From IMG/VR virus record IMGVR_UViG_3300045988_133592, positions 1 to 42,020 of that record: DNA of 42,020 bases. One strand, given 5' to 3'. The first letter of the stretch is position 1, and every line of letters begins with the position of its first letter. Under the pieces are notes generated by a model. It made no database searches. It was not told the DNA's origin and saw nothing but the letters and a program-made list of their open reading frames with translations. This stretch comes from a virus. Shown here piece after piece: positions 19,701 to 27,402 of this stretch. The translations under genes were made by a program, and so were the position numbers.

Positions 19701-20262
19701 AATGACCTTTAATGGTCAAGGACCATATATGCCAGATGTTCATGGACGTGGCGGATACACCTTAACCTTATATTCAAACCAAGATGTACAGTGCAGACAA
19801 GAAGCCAATTCGAGTATTATGATACCGGTCTGGGCGGCTTCGTTTAATCAAGGGTGCACCGAAACTCAAAAGCGCGGTATCAAGAAACTTGGAGAAGATC
19901 AAAGAGACCCCTATAGAATACTGGAAGAAACAGATTTTTATTCTTTTTACACACGCCATGATCTCCGGAGTGCCGTAAGGAGGAACATGCAAATAGAGGG
20001 AATTGCAAGGCAAACAAAATCCTTTGCCCCTGTTATTGGAGAAAATTATAACGTAAACGCAGACTTGGTTGCCTACAATACGGATACCGGGGAGCCGGAA
20101 GGCGTAAACGTCGCGAACATTGCGTGTATTGCCGCCGCCCATACAAAACAACTTAAGGCCGATGTTGACCTGGAAATAGGTTTACTTAAAAATTCAATAG
20201 ACAACTTACAAGAAGAAATGCAAAAACTAAAACAGCTAATTCAAGGAGGAATCCCCGCATGA
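16711..20262 (+). CDS. tail-associated protein (Tal) / minor structural protein with fibre-like repeats
   Basis: 1183 aa. N-terminal Tal-like region. Central ~28-aa degenerate repeats (..EM..AI...A.GL.A.F..KLGNY..). Helical C-terminal segment (VNVANIACIAAAHTKQLKADVDLEIGLL) resembles intramolecular chaperone domains. Confidence 0.6.
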   Translation: MTAMINTSNEFKDALQKNNTCIVRATIQLKSGKILNIDASNTMQNGTKIDDSTSSPGSFDVGAAVINKLTLTLNNHHDTFSDDDFTDAVITVWVGKFLDGRIEWLKKGVFNAEDPKASTSILTIEALDNMEKFDRSYDGKLTFPRTLQAIVQYCCDQCGVLLCTTRFDNDSFTIMANPFSDEDKMTYREILSYCAQIAGCYARCNTDGQLELKWYPRAIFDADNLDGGGFDTNTPTYSTGDTADGGNFTDYNSGNAIDGGTFTNWQQAHHIYRTNALEVSTDDVVITGIQVTASEKRQDNEILAGETVLYGAEGYVVTVEKNPFIEHGRANEVATYLGQKIVGMRFRKMSASCLGDPSIEAGDAAYISDRKGNTYHCYITNLTYTVNGFEQISTDAETPSRNTAKRYSEITKAIIESGKNTDIKLSQYDTYVGKMNELAMNAMGYYQTITDQPDGSRISYMHDKPKLTESMLIYKISADGFFMSRDGGKTYTHGVDKNGNAVMNVIAAIGIVADWVNTRGLKAQDNDGKTTFEVDAATGRVSIDADLITIKSENVTTENEMTAAIESSAAGLKQEFSTVVSGVITGNNNMLTGTALKTNKYVTYTSTDGSTALISPIDSPAATSGWTMRITMLNPGKGLIRFSKNIIQLKAGKTYTISAMMACGIPSLNVTFGMTSSNGSKTVVLTEKFLQYDHTFTPSVSDTGTNYAKFFIQMNEPLPSTGGIGIIFADIKLTENAAPTPWAPSAADISDELEVYSTTAEINASIESRAAKLTKEFNTRLGEYPTTIEMNGAITTNAAGLTAQFNAKLGNYSNTMEMQSAIQASASGLQANFTQKLTNYATVTQMNTSILASANGISATISSQIANGVGKIQTTKFVLDLNGLLIKNGGITIQNNAGAKVFYGDTSGNLVYSGVLEQRKNGNLTLRVRNNVIDFYAPQYTDNFVGFIGSMDNAQGQRQGIIFGHDVGDVLTVSRRVSGGYVAHMEFSDYGISVGDVMTFNGQGPYMPDVHGRGGYTLTLYSNQDVQCRQEANSSIMIPVWAASFNQGCTETQKRGIKKLGEDQRDPYRILEETDFYSFYTRHDLRSAVRRNMQIEGIARQTKSFAPVIGENYNVNADLVAYNTDTGEPEGVNVANIACIAAAHTKQLKADVDLEIGLLKNSIDNLQEEMQKLKQLIQGGIPA

Positions 20263-20513
20263 TTGGAAAAACAGCAGTAACCAGAAATTTTTATAACGAA
20301 TGTTGTATTGAACAAACGAAAGATGGACAGACAGTATACACCCCCATTGCGAGCTTTATAGCCGGAGTGCCTGATGGAGCAAAAGTAAGCACCAATGAAC
20401 AGGTACAGCCAATGGATTTAGAACTATTTCATGCGAATCAAGAAATAGTTGCTGCCGATCTGGATGCTTTTCGCAATGAAATAAAAGCTATTTTAAACAA
20501 AGAGGAAGTGTAA
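20259..20513 (+). CDS. hypothetical tail-module protein
   Basis: ATGA overlap with the upstream gene. 84 aa. Confidence 0.4.
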   Translation: MIGKTAVTRNFYNECCIEQTKDGQTVYTPIASFIAGVPDGAKVSTNEQVQPMDLELFHANQEIVAADLDAFRNEIKAILNKEEV

Positions 20514-20516
20514 ATA

Positions 20517-22799
20517 ATGGCCATTAAGATGCGGCGTGGCGCCGATGCGGATTTTCGTCCAGAAAAAATGCAGCCTGGAGAACTTGCTGTAACAGTAGAC
20601 GGTACACGAAAGGTTTATGCCGCGTTTGCCGCAGGTGACGTGAAAGAGCTGTCTTCAAAAGAAGATGTCGATAAAACCATTGCCAGTGGTCTACAGTCAC
20701 TTGAAACCAGCACTAATAACAAGCTTCAATCCCTTGAGAAAAAAGCCAGTAGTGCGGTCGATAAAATAAGCAGTGAAAATCAGCGGGTGCAGGAAGAACT
20801 TTCGCGGTATGAGTACTACACCAAGACCGAAAGCGATCTGAAATACACCGTTTCCCCGCGGAAAGAAGCGTCAAGCGCCAATGGAGAACTGAAACTAACC
20901 GATGCCGATGATGGGCTATCATATATAGAATTACAGGGGAATAGTGAACAGTATACTAATACGGCAAGTATTAATCTATTTGATATAGAATACCAAAGGT
21001 CTTTGGGATTAGATAGCACAGATAAATTTTTAAGAACGACCGGAGAAATAGATGTTTCTGGAAATTGGAGCTATAGCTACTATATTAAGGTGGCACCATC
21101 CAAAACGTATTCTTTTATAGGAGTACCAGCATCACCTGCGGCGGCTTTTGTATTTTATACTAAAGATAAGACATACATTAGCGGTATAACAACAAAAGAT
21201 GCCGTAATTGCAGGATTAAGAGCAGTAACAACGCCAAGTAATTGTGAATGGATACGTGTCTCTTATGTGTATAATAGTGAGCCATTTAAAATGTATTTAG
21301 GTCAACCACCATCACAAGGTGTTGTTGGTGCAGTAGATACACCAAGTCCTGATTATCCATCTGAAGTGCAAAGTGTTGGAGACATCCCAAAAGATATTAA
21401 TGGTGTGGAGATACGAAATTTATTCAATAATGATGCAGTATTTAAAAGTACAGATGGACAAGTATTTTCATATATAGAATTAGGAGATTTTACTGGTAAT
21501 GCTTCTTATACTATGTACAAGATGCCGGATAATCCAATGGAAGGATTATTTGTAAGATTATCAACAGATATAACAAAATGGAATACAGATGAAGTGGATG
21601 TCCAAATTATTGCAAATAATATATATTCACGAACTGTTGGATTACAATATTCCTTTAAACCGCCACGTGGGACAAAACTTTATTTAAAGGTGACACAAAC
21701 TACAGATAACACACCACTTAGAATACCAACAGATGAAGAATTAAAAAGTTTGTTTGATACAATGAAATTTATGGTTACACAAACCACAGAGGTCGACGAA
21801 TACCGCCCTTATATTGGAGAAAATAATGGCCTTGTAAAAATAGAAAGCCAAGGGAAGAACTGGTTTGAAGGTAAAGGTATAGTAGTTGGGAATATAAATG
21901 CAAGCGGAGCGCCATCGTATAATGCAAAGGTGTTGCGGACGGACTTTATAGAGTTAGATAGCAATAAACAATATGTATTTAATCCAGGAACATATACACC
22001 ATACATATATTTGTATGATATTAATAAGACTTTTATTAGGCCTGTTAATGGTGTATCAAAATTTAATTCAGAAAATGCTAATTATGTAATATTACAGTTT
22101 AATTCTAATCCGTCAGTAGAACAAACGCAGGCCGATATTGACAACATGAATAAGACACTACAATTAGAAGAAGGGACACAGGCAACAGAATACCAGCCAT
22201 ATCACCAACAAATTACATGGATACCGTTAAGGGAACCACTGCGGAAGATTGCGGATTACGCGGACAGTATTGATAAAGATGGAAATGTAATACAACAATC
22301 TTTATTAAGCGAGTATAACGGGAGTGAAGTATGGTATCTTGATACCCTTTATTACGATGGAGTGCCTTGGAATAGATATTATATAGCCATACAAGGTTTT
22401 GTGAAGTATTCCGATACAACCGTTGGACAAACCAGTTTAAATAACTTATTTAAGCTAGGAGAAAAAGGCCAGACATCTTTAGCTGCAAAGTTATATACAA
22501 TTACAAAAAGGACTAGTGACGGAAAATCAATTGTCTATTGTTCTCTAAATGGGACAGAAACAATAGATGAGTTTAAAGCATTATTACAGAAAGAAAGCAT
22601 GATTGTTTATTGTGTGTTAGAAAAACCAATCACCTATCAGATCCCCGCCGTCTACATCGAAACCTACGACCAGGAAACCAATGTAAGGTGCTTGAACAAA
22701 GTAAAACCATCCGATATGACACTGGACTATAAGATAGCCATGAGCAGTCTGATCAAGCGCCTGGAAGCCCTGGAAGAAAAGACCGTACAGGAGGTATAA
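20517..22799 (+). CDS. tail fibre / receptor-binding protein
   Basis: N-terminal MAIKMRRGADADF...PGELAVTVDGTRKVY motif typical of phage fibre N-termini. Central part markedly AT-rich. 760 aa. Confidence 0.6.
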   Translation: MAIKMRRGADADFRPEKMQPGELAVTVDGTRKVYAAFAAGDVKELSSKEDVDKTIASGLQSLETSTNNKLQSLEKKASSAVDKISSENQRVQEELSRYEYYTKTESDLKYTVSPRKEASSANGELKLTDADDGLSYIELQGNSEQYTNTASINLFDIEYQRSLGLDSTDKFLRTTGEIDVSGNWSYSYYIKVAPSKTYSFIGVPASPAAAFVFYTKDKTYISGITTKDAVIAGLRAVTTPSNCEWIRVSYVYNSEPFKMYLGQPPSQGVVGAVDTPSPDYPSEVQSVGDIPKDINGVEIRNLFNNDAVFKSTDGQVFSYIELGDFTGNASYTMYKMPDNPMEGLFVRLSTDITKWNTDEVDVQIIANNIYSRTVGLQYSFKPPRGTKLYLKVTQTTDNTPLRIPTDEELKSLFDTMKFMVTQTTEVDEYRPYIGENNGLVKIESQGKNWFEGKGIVVGNINASGAPSYNAKVLRTDFIELDSNKQYVFNPGTYTPYIYLYDINKTFIRPVNGVSKFNSENANYVILQFNSNPSVEQTQADIDNMNKTLQLEEGTQATEYQPYHQQITWIPLREPLRKIADYADSIDKDGNVIQQSLLSEYNGSEVWYLDTLYYDGVPWNRYYIAIQGFVKYSDTTVGQTSLNNLFKLGEKGQTSLAAKLYTITKRTSDGKSIVYCSLNGTETIDEFKALLQKESMIVYCVLEKPITYQIPAVYIETYDQETNVRCLNKVKPSDMTLDYKIAMSSLIKRLEALEEKTVQEV

Positions 22800-22803
22800 G
22801 AAA

Positions 22804-23280
22804 ATGTATGAAATTGTAAAATCCGTGATTGAGAGCGGCCGCTATGAGCTGGTCGACATGCTCAAAAAAATTGATACCCTTTGGGTGCAAAGCCAACTCA
22901 CCGAAGAACAGAAAAAAGAACTGGAAACACTGGCCCGGGATAAGGCCATACCGGAGAACAGCTATGCCGGACTACAGGAACAGATCAACAAGCTGTACCA
23001 GACGGTTTCGGAGGTAACCGCGGCCATTGCGGACATCACCGAACGTGTGACCATTCTAGAGGGCGGCGAACCACCAGCACCGCCAGAACCGGAGGAATGG
23101 CCCGAATACGTGCAGCCCACTGGGGCGCACAATGCCTATAACACCGGCGATAAGATTACCTATAACGGGCAGCACTATATCTGCAAGATGGACGGCTGTG
23201 TCTGGAATCCTTCCGATTACCCGGCAGGCTGGGAGCTGGCAACCGAACCAACAAAAGAAGAAAACACAGAGCAGCTGTAA
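22804..23280 (+). CDS. XkdX-like N-terminal domain fused to a CBM5/12 (ChtBD3) carbohydrate-binding domain
   Basis: MYEIVKSVIESGRYELV...LWVQSQLTEEQKKEL matches the XkdX pattern. C-terminal AYNTGDKITYNGQHYICKMDGCVWNPSDYPAGWE matches the ChtBD3 aromatic pattern. Confidence 0.5.
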   Translation: MYEIVKSVIESGRYELVDMLKKIDTLWVQSQLTEEQKKELETLARDKAIPENSYAGLQEQINKLYQTVSEVTAAIADITERVTILEGGEPPAPPEPEEWPEYVQPTGAHNAYNTGDKITYNGQHYICKMDGCVWNPSDYPAGWELATEPTKEENTEQL

Positions 23281-23310
23281 GGCTGTTTTTTTAGTGGAGG
23301 AAATGACACC

Positions 23311-23628
23311 ATGCCTTTTATCAACTTTTTCAGGCTGGCAGTGGAAATTGCTGCTGGCCTTGCTATTTTATGGAAATTTATGCAGCCGCTCAGAGACGCT
23401 GTAAAGGAACAGGCAAAACGAACCGAGCTCATGGAGGAGGGAATACAAAGCATTTTGCATGACCGGATCTATCAGGCGTGCACTTTTTATATCAAACGCG
23501 GCTGGGTAACCGTTTCGGATTTAAAGAATCTGGAGCACATGTTTGAGCCATACGAAGACATGGGCGGCAATGGAACAGCGAAAGAATTATACGAGCGGGT
23601 TAAAGACCTGCCCATTAGGGAGGAGTAA
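23311..23628 (+). CDS. membrane-anchored hypothetical protein in the lysis cassette
   Basis: N-terminal hydrophobic helix (FINFFRLAVEIAAGLAILW). RBS GGAGGAAATG. Confidence 0.35.
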   Translation: MPFINFFRLAVEIAAGLAILWKFMQPLRDAVKEQAKRTELMEEGIQSILHDRIYQACTFYIKRGWVTVSDLKNLEHMFEPYEDMGGNGTAKELYERVKDLPIREE

Positions 23629-23630
23629 AA

Positions 23631-23963
23631 ATGGACAAAATAAATTGGAAAGTACGGCTGCAAAGTAAAGAATTTTGGATGGCGGTCATCGCATTTGTGA
23701 TTCTAGTGGCACAGTATGTCTGCAAATGGTTTGGACTGGAATTTGATATTCCAGGCTTAAACGAGATTCTTTCTGCGATTCTGGGGCTTTTTGTGCTCCT
23801 GGGGATTGTGGTCGATCCAACGACACCAAAGACCACAGACAGCCAGGTGTCGCAGGAAAAGCGCAGTATTGACGAAAGCGCAGAGGAAGTGATTGCCAGA
23901 ACACTCAGCAATGACGATCTGGCCGAAATTTTAAGTCGAGTAACAACAAAGGAGAAAGAATAA
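23631..23963 (+). CDS. holin (Phage_holin_4_1 / SPP1-type)
   Basis: MDKINWKVRLQSKEFWMAVIAFVIL start. Two TM segments. DPTTPKTTDS motif. Confidence 0.8.
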   Translation: MDKINWKVRLQSKEFWMAVIAFVILVAQYVCKWFGLEFDIPGLNEILSAILGLFVLLGIVVDPTTPKTTDSQVSQEKRSIDESAEEVIARTLSNDDLAEILSRVTTKEKE

Positions 23964-24232
23964 TGAATAGTGAAAATTTTGAAAAAATATGTAAAGAAAT
24001 TGTTGTGGAATACTTTAATTCACATGCCGATAAGACGGATAACAAGCAGATTACAAATGAAGATGTCTTTATCGTATGGATGTGTAAGACTCTTCAAAAT
24101 AATAAAGCCCTTGTGAGTACGACCGTTTCGGACGGTATGTATTACGAGATTACACACAACGGCGATAAAGAAGAAACCTATGTGGATGTTTATAAGAAAT
24201 GGGAAAATTTTGTAGTTAAGGAGGACAAATAA
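23963..24232 (+). CDS. hypothetical protein between holin and endolysin
   Basis: AT-rich 89-aa ORF overlapping the holin stop (TAATG). Confidence 0.35.
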   Translation: MNSENFEKICKEIVVEYFNSHADKTDNKQITNEDVFIVWMCKTLQNNKALVSTTVSDGMYYEITHNGDKEETYVDVYKKWENFVVKEDK

Positions 24233-24233
24233 A

Positions 24234-24830
24234 ATGACGCTATGGAGTGATATAGCAATACAGCAGTTTTTGACTGCAATCGGGAAAGATTTAGGCCCGT
24301 CTGGGATTGATGGAGAACTTGGAGATAAAGGCTCAGACAGCTATTCAAGACGCGCAATTGCCAGCTTTCAGGGCGATTATGGACTGGATCAGGATACGAT
24401 TTGGGGTGAACAATGCCAGTGTAAAGCAAAAGAAATTTTAACAAATGGTATTCAGTTGACCACAAATTTCAATTCAAACGAACTGGGATGCGGCATCGCT
24501 GTGAGTGATGATGCGGGCGCTCCGCATGATGATGACTGCATGAACTGGCCGGATATGATCAACCTGACAGCGCTCAACTGCTTACAGGCTACACGCGACC
24601 GCATTGGGCCGATTCAAGTGACCAGTGGTGTACGTTGCAGAACTTACAACGACTGGCTGTCCGGCAGCAGCAGCGAGAGTAAGCACATGGCAGGCCGTGC
24701 ATTCGATTGTAATGCTATGGGAGCCGTGGGTTATGAAACACTGCTGCAAATTGGTTTGGAATGCGGTTTTACATGGGGATACGTGGGGAATGGTTACGTT
24801 CATCTGGAATATGATGGCCCCAGTTTTTAA
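24234..24830 (+). CDS. endolysin: peptidase M15 (VanY/L-Ala-D-Glu peptidase type) with an N-terminal PG_binding_1-like domain
   Basis: SKHMAGRAFD (H..G.A.D) and VHLEYD zinc-ligand motifs. N-terminal G..G..D...S..AI..FQ..YGLD peptidoglycan-binding pattern. Confidence 0.7.
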   Translation: MTLWSDIAIQQFLTAIGKDLGPSGIDGELGDKGSDSYSRRAIASFQGDYGLDQDTIWGEQCQCKAKEILTNGIQLTTNFNSNELGCGIAVSDDAGAPHDDDCMNWPDMINLTALNCLQATRDRIGPIQVTSGVRCRTYNDWLSGSSSESKHMAGRAFDCNAMGAVGYETLLQIGLECGFTWGYVGNGYVHLEYDGPSF

Positions 24831-24933
24831 GTAGTATTACGCAAGTTATAAGCGGTTTCTCGTGCAAATCTCGCGATAAAATGGCTTTAAATAGCCGATT
24901 TTTTTAATTTTCTCGTGCAAATCTCATGTATTC

Positions 24934-24960
24934 AGGCCGTCCTTTGGGGCGGCTGTTTTT
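24934..24960 (+). terminator. rho-independent terminator ending the late operon
   Basis: GCCGTCctttgGGGCGGC stem (one GU pair) followed by TGTTTTTTTT. Confidence 0.65.
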
Positions 24961-25067
24961 TTATATTTAAGGTATTTTTGTAATGAATCGGGTATAATAT
25001 AAATATGATCCCAGCGGGACAATGTTTATGTGTCAATGTTTTTTTGTAGAAAATAGGCAAAAAAATA

Positions 25068-25097
25068 TTGATAATTTGAGATCAAGAATGCTATAAT
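25068..25097 (+). promoter_or_regulatory. strong sigma-70 promoter for the antitoxin-like sRNA (TTGATA-18-TGcTATAAT)
   Basis: -35 at 25068-25073, extended -10 at 25089-25097. Confidence 0.6.
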
Positions 25098-25103
25098 GGG
25101 CAT

Positions 25104-25228
25104 AGACAAAAACATCACCTCCTTTCTAAGTGCTGTTGTTGTCACCATCCTCGGTCGTTTGTGAAGTGTACACGAGGCAGAAAAAAGCCCCTAAGGAAGT
25201 GCTAGTTCCAAAGGGGCTTGTTTATTAT
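25104..25228 (+). ncRNA. putative antitoxin sRNA of a par/Fst-like type I toxin-antitoxin (about 125 nt)
   Basis: Bounded by the promoter and the 25185-25219 terminator. Contains CACCTCCTTTCT (anti-SD, 25117-25128) and CGTTTGTGAAGTGTA (25157-25171). Both are exact repeats of 25335-25346 and 25310-25324, which are antisense to the toxin SD and start codon. Confidence 0.5.
25185..25219. terminator. bidirectional intrinsic terminator shared by the convergent sRNA and toxin mRNA
   Basis: AAGCCCCTaaGGAA-gtgctag-TTCCaaAGGGGCTT hairpin. A-run on the left and T-run on the right give a U-tract in both orientations. Confidence 0.6.
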
Positions 25229-25329
25229 CGGTTTGCTAAGTAATACAGCACAGCTGGGATTACTGCGCTTGCACATCTAAACGCTTCGATAATAAACTGT
25301 GCGATTTCCGCGTTTGTGAAGTGTATCAC
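25225..25329 (-). CDS. type I toxin-like peptide (34 aa): MIHFTNAEIAQFIIEAFRCASAVIPAVLYYLANR
   Basis: GTG start 8 nt downstream of a perfect GAAAGGAGGTGG SD on the minus strand. Hydrophobic or amphipathic with a basic C-terminus. The stop abuts the bidirectional terminator. Confidence 0.45.
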   Translation of the reverse strand: MIHFTNAEIAQFIIEAFRCASAVIPAVLYYLANR

Positions 25330-25403
25330 GTTCTCCACCTCCTTTCTTTGATGGAACGGAGGATCGCGGCAGAGTGGTCGAGCAGCGTACGACCAATAAT
25401 ATT

Positions 25404-25440
25404 ATAACATAGTATTAACAGAGAAATGAATAGAAAAATT
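25404..25440 (-). promoter_or_regulatory. minus-strand promoter for the toxin mRNA (extended -10 TGTTATAAT)
   Basis: Minus-strand reading TATGTTATAAT about 75 nt upstream of the toxin start. Weak -35. Confidence 0.35.
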
Positions 25441-25544
25441 TTTGTAATCAACGTCAACTTTATTAGAAGATAAAAAATGTAAGTTGCGAATAATCCGACA
25501 GACCTGCCCGAGCCAAACGGTCTATCAAGGGGGGGCGCCCCTTG

Positions 25545-25575
25545 CTTCGGTGAGGGGGTTTTTTATGTAAACTTT
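25545..25575 (+). terminator. rho-independent terminator (TTCG tetraloop)
   Basis: CCCCTTGC-TTCG-GTGAGGGG followed by GTTTTTTAT. Confidence 0.45.
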
Positions 25576-25631
25576 AGGAAACCGTAGTATCATTTTATTC
25601 GAGAGGAATCTTCTATAAGAAACTCTTTACT

Positions 25632-25672
25632 GGTAAGCCGCTGCCGACCTCCCTTGGTGGCGGCTGTTTTTT
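25632..25672 (+). terminator. rho-independent terminator similar to 24934-24960
   Basis: GCCGCTGCC-gacctccctt-GGTGGCGGC followed by TGTTTTTTATT. Shares the ccttgg(t/g)ggcggctgtttttt sequence with the earlier terminator. Confidence 0.5.
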
Positions 25673-26087
25673 ATTGAATCCTATAAAACAACATGATATA
25701 ATTTAGTTAGCACGGATGGATCTAAGCCTCCTTGCTCTATATGTACACTTCCCTGATCTAAAAATCCTTTGATCGGGGGATATTTTGATAATTTAAAGAG
25801 TTGGAGATATCCAATGTATGTTGGATGAAAAATCGCCTTTAACGAATTGGTTAAGGCGGTTTTTTGATTGTTTAAACCCCACTCAGCAGGGATATAAATA
25901 ATCTCGAACACACATACCTCTTACTTTTTAAAATACAAATTACCCTCCCCATTAACTTTTACTTTTTTAGAGCTCTCGATCTTTTGGATCGGGAGTTTTT
26001 TGTTTTTTTAAAAAATTTATGTGCGATTAATACAGTAAGATTCTGGGTATTGTATAATTGAAATCCATATAAAACGGAGGTGCTAAA

Positions 26088-27062
26088 ATGTGTACGGCAG
26101 CGACATACACAACAAAAGATCATTATTTTGGTCGTAATCTTGATTTGGAATTCTCCTATAATGAAACGGTAACAGTAACACCACGAAATTATCCGTTTCA
26201 GTTCAGAAAGGTAAAAGCACTGGAATCTCATTATGCTATGATTGGTATGGCCTTCGTTGTGGATAATTATCCGCTGTATTATGATGCCACCAACGAAAAG
26301 GGACTAAGCATGGCAGGATTGAATTTTCCAGAAAATGCGGACTATAAACAAGAAGCAGAGGGAAAAGATAATGTAACCCCATTCGAGTTTATTCCCTGGA
26401 TTTTAGGGCAGTGCGCTACCATCAAAGAGGTAAAAGAACTCCTTGGTAGGATTAATCTTATCAATATCAATTTTAGTGAAAAATTACCTCTTTCACCCTT
26501 GCATTGGATGATATCGGACCGGAACGAATCGATAACTGTGGAATCTGTAAAAGAGGGGATGAAAATATATGATAACCCTGTAGGAATTTTAACCAATAAC
26601 CCAACTTTTGATATTCAGATCTTCAACCTAAATAATTATGTGAACATCACCAGAGAAGTACCCGAAAATCGTTTTTCAAGCGCAATAGCTTTAGATGTTT
26701 ATAGCCGTGGTATGGGGGGGATTGGAATTCCTGGAGACCTTTCTTCGTCCTCTCGTTTTGTAAAAGCAGCATTTACTAAACTAAATTCCGTCTCTGGAAC
26801 TTCTGAATCTGAAAGCATTAGTCAGTTTTTTTACATACTTGGTTCAGTCAATCAAGAACGCGGATGTGTTCGTTTAGCCGAAGATACGTATGAAATAACT
26901 ATTTATAGCTCTTGTTGCAATGTTGATAAGGGAGTTTATTACTATAAAACTTACGAAAATAGCCAAATAACAGGCGTAGATATGCATAATGAAAACCTCG
27001 ACAATCAAAGTCTTGTCTCTTATCCATTAATTAAAGAGCAACAGATAAAAATACAAAACTAA
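26088..27062 (+). CDS. bsh: choloylglycine hydrolase family Ntn-hydrolase (bile salt hydrolase / penicillin V acylase)
   Basis: Begins MCTAATYTTKDHYFGRNLDLEFSYNETVTVTPRNY. Nucleophilic Cys2 and the canonical BSH/PVA N-terminal signature. 324 aa. AT-rich. GGAGGTG RBS. Extended -10-like TTGTATAAT promoter at about 26050-26061. Confidence 0.9.
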   Translation: MCTAATYTTKDHYFGRNLDLEFSYNETVTVTPRNYPFQFRKVKALESHYAMIGMAFVVDNYPLYYDATNEKGLSMAGLNFPENADYKQEAEGKDNVTPFEFIPWILGQCATIKEVKELLGRINLININFSEKLPLSPLHWMISDRNESITVESVKEGMKIYDNPVGILTNNPTFDIQIFNLNNYVNITREVPENRFSSAIALDVYSRGMGGIGIPGDLSSSSRFVKAAFTKLNSVSGTSESESISQFFYILGSVNQERGCVRLAEDTYEITIYSSCCNVDKGVYYYKTYENSQITGVDMHNENLDNQSLVSYPLIKEQQIKIQN

Positions 27063-27098
27063 AAACCGTATCAACAAAAATTTTTCATGATGTATTTT

Positions 27099-27134
27099 AG
27101 CCCCTGGTCGAATCGGGGGCTTTTATTGTTTTGG
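27099..27134 (+). terminator. rho-independent terminator after bsh
   Basis: AGCCCC-tggtcgaatc-GGGGCT followed by TTTTATTGTTTTGG. Confidence 0.55.
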
Positions 27135-27159
27135 TGTTTTCTTGTATGGAGGATAAAAA

Positions 27160-27317
27160 TGAAAATGGCACAAGAGTACAAAGGCTACTATTTGGATGTG
27201 TTCTACAAGGATGGGATTGTGAATGGCATTATCCAGCAGACACAGGAGCAGCTACAGGGGCTGACGGTTGAGGAAGTTGTTAGTGAGTTTAAAAAGAAGG
27301 TCAACTTAATCGATTAG
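27160..27317 (+). CDS. small hypothetical protein (52 aa), possibly a HicB/UPF0150-like fold
   Basis: GGAGGA RBS then MKMAQEYKGYYLDVFYKDGIVNG... The listed ORF's upstream part (27087-27159) spans the bsh terminator and is rejected. Confidence 0.35.
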
Positions 27318-27402
27318 TGAAAATAAAATTATTGAATACTTTTTAGTGCCTTTTAGCGTTTTTATGTGTTATACTGTATATGCACAAAATTTGAATAATT
27401 AT

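Noticed and set aside
19850-20262. Peptidase S74 intramolecular-chaperone domain at the C-terminus of the 1183-aa tail protein
   Set aside because: Only the C-terminal helical segment resembles S74. The catalytic Ser-Asp...Lys motif is not evident, so it was not called as a feature.
25681-26231. Minus-strand ORFs 25681-25911 and 25959-26231
   Set aside because: AT-rich, no RBS, and they overlap terminators and the bsh promoter and start. Likely spurious.
27099-27121. tRNA T-arm-like sequence GGTCGAATCGGGGG
   Set aside because: No matching acceptor, D or anticodon arms on either strand. It is simply a terminator hairpin.
27087-27159. N-terminal extension (MMYFSPWSNRGLLLFWCFLVWRIK) of the listed 27087-27317 ORF
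   Set aside because: It spans the bsh terminator hairpin and T-run and has no RBS. The internal ATG at 27160 has a GGAGGA RBS.
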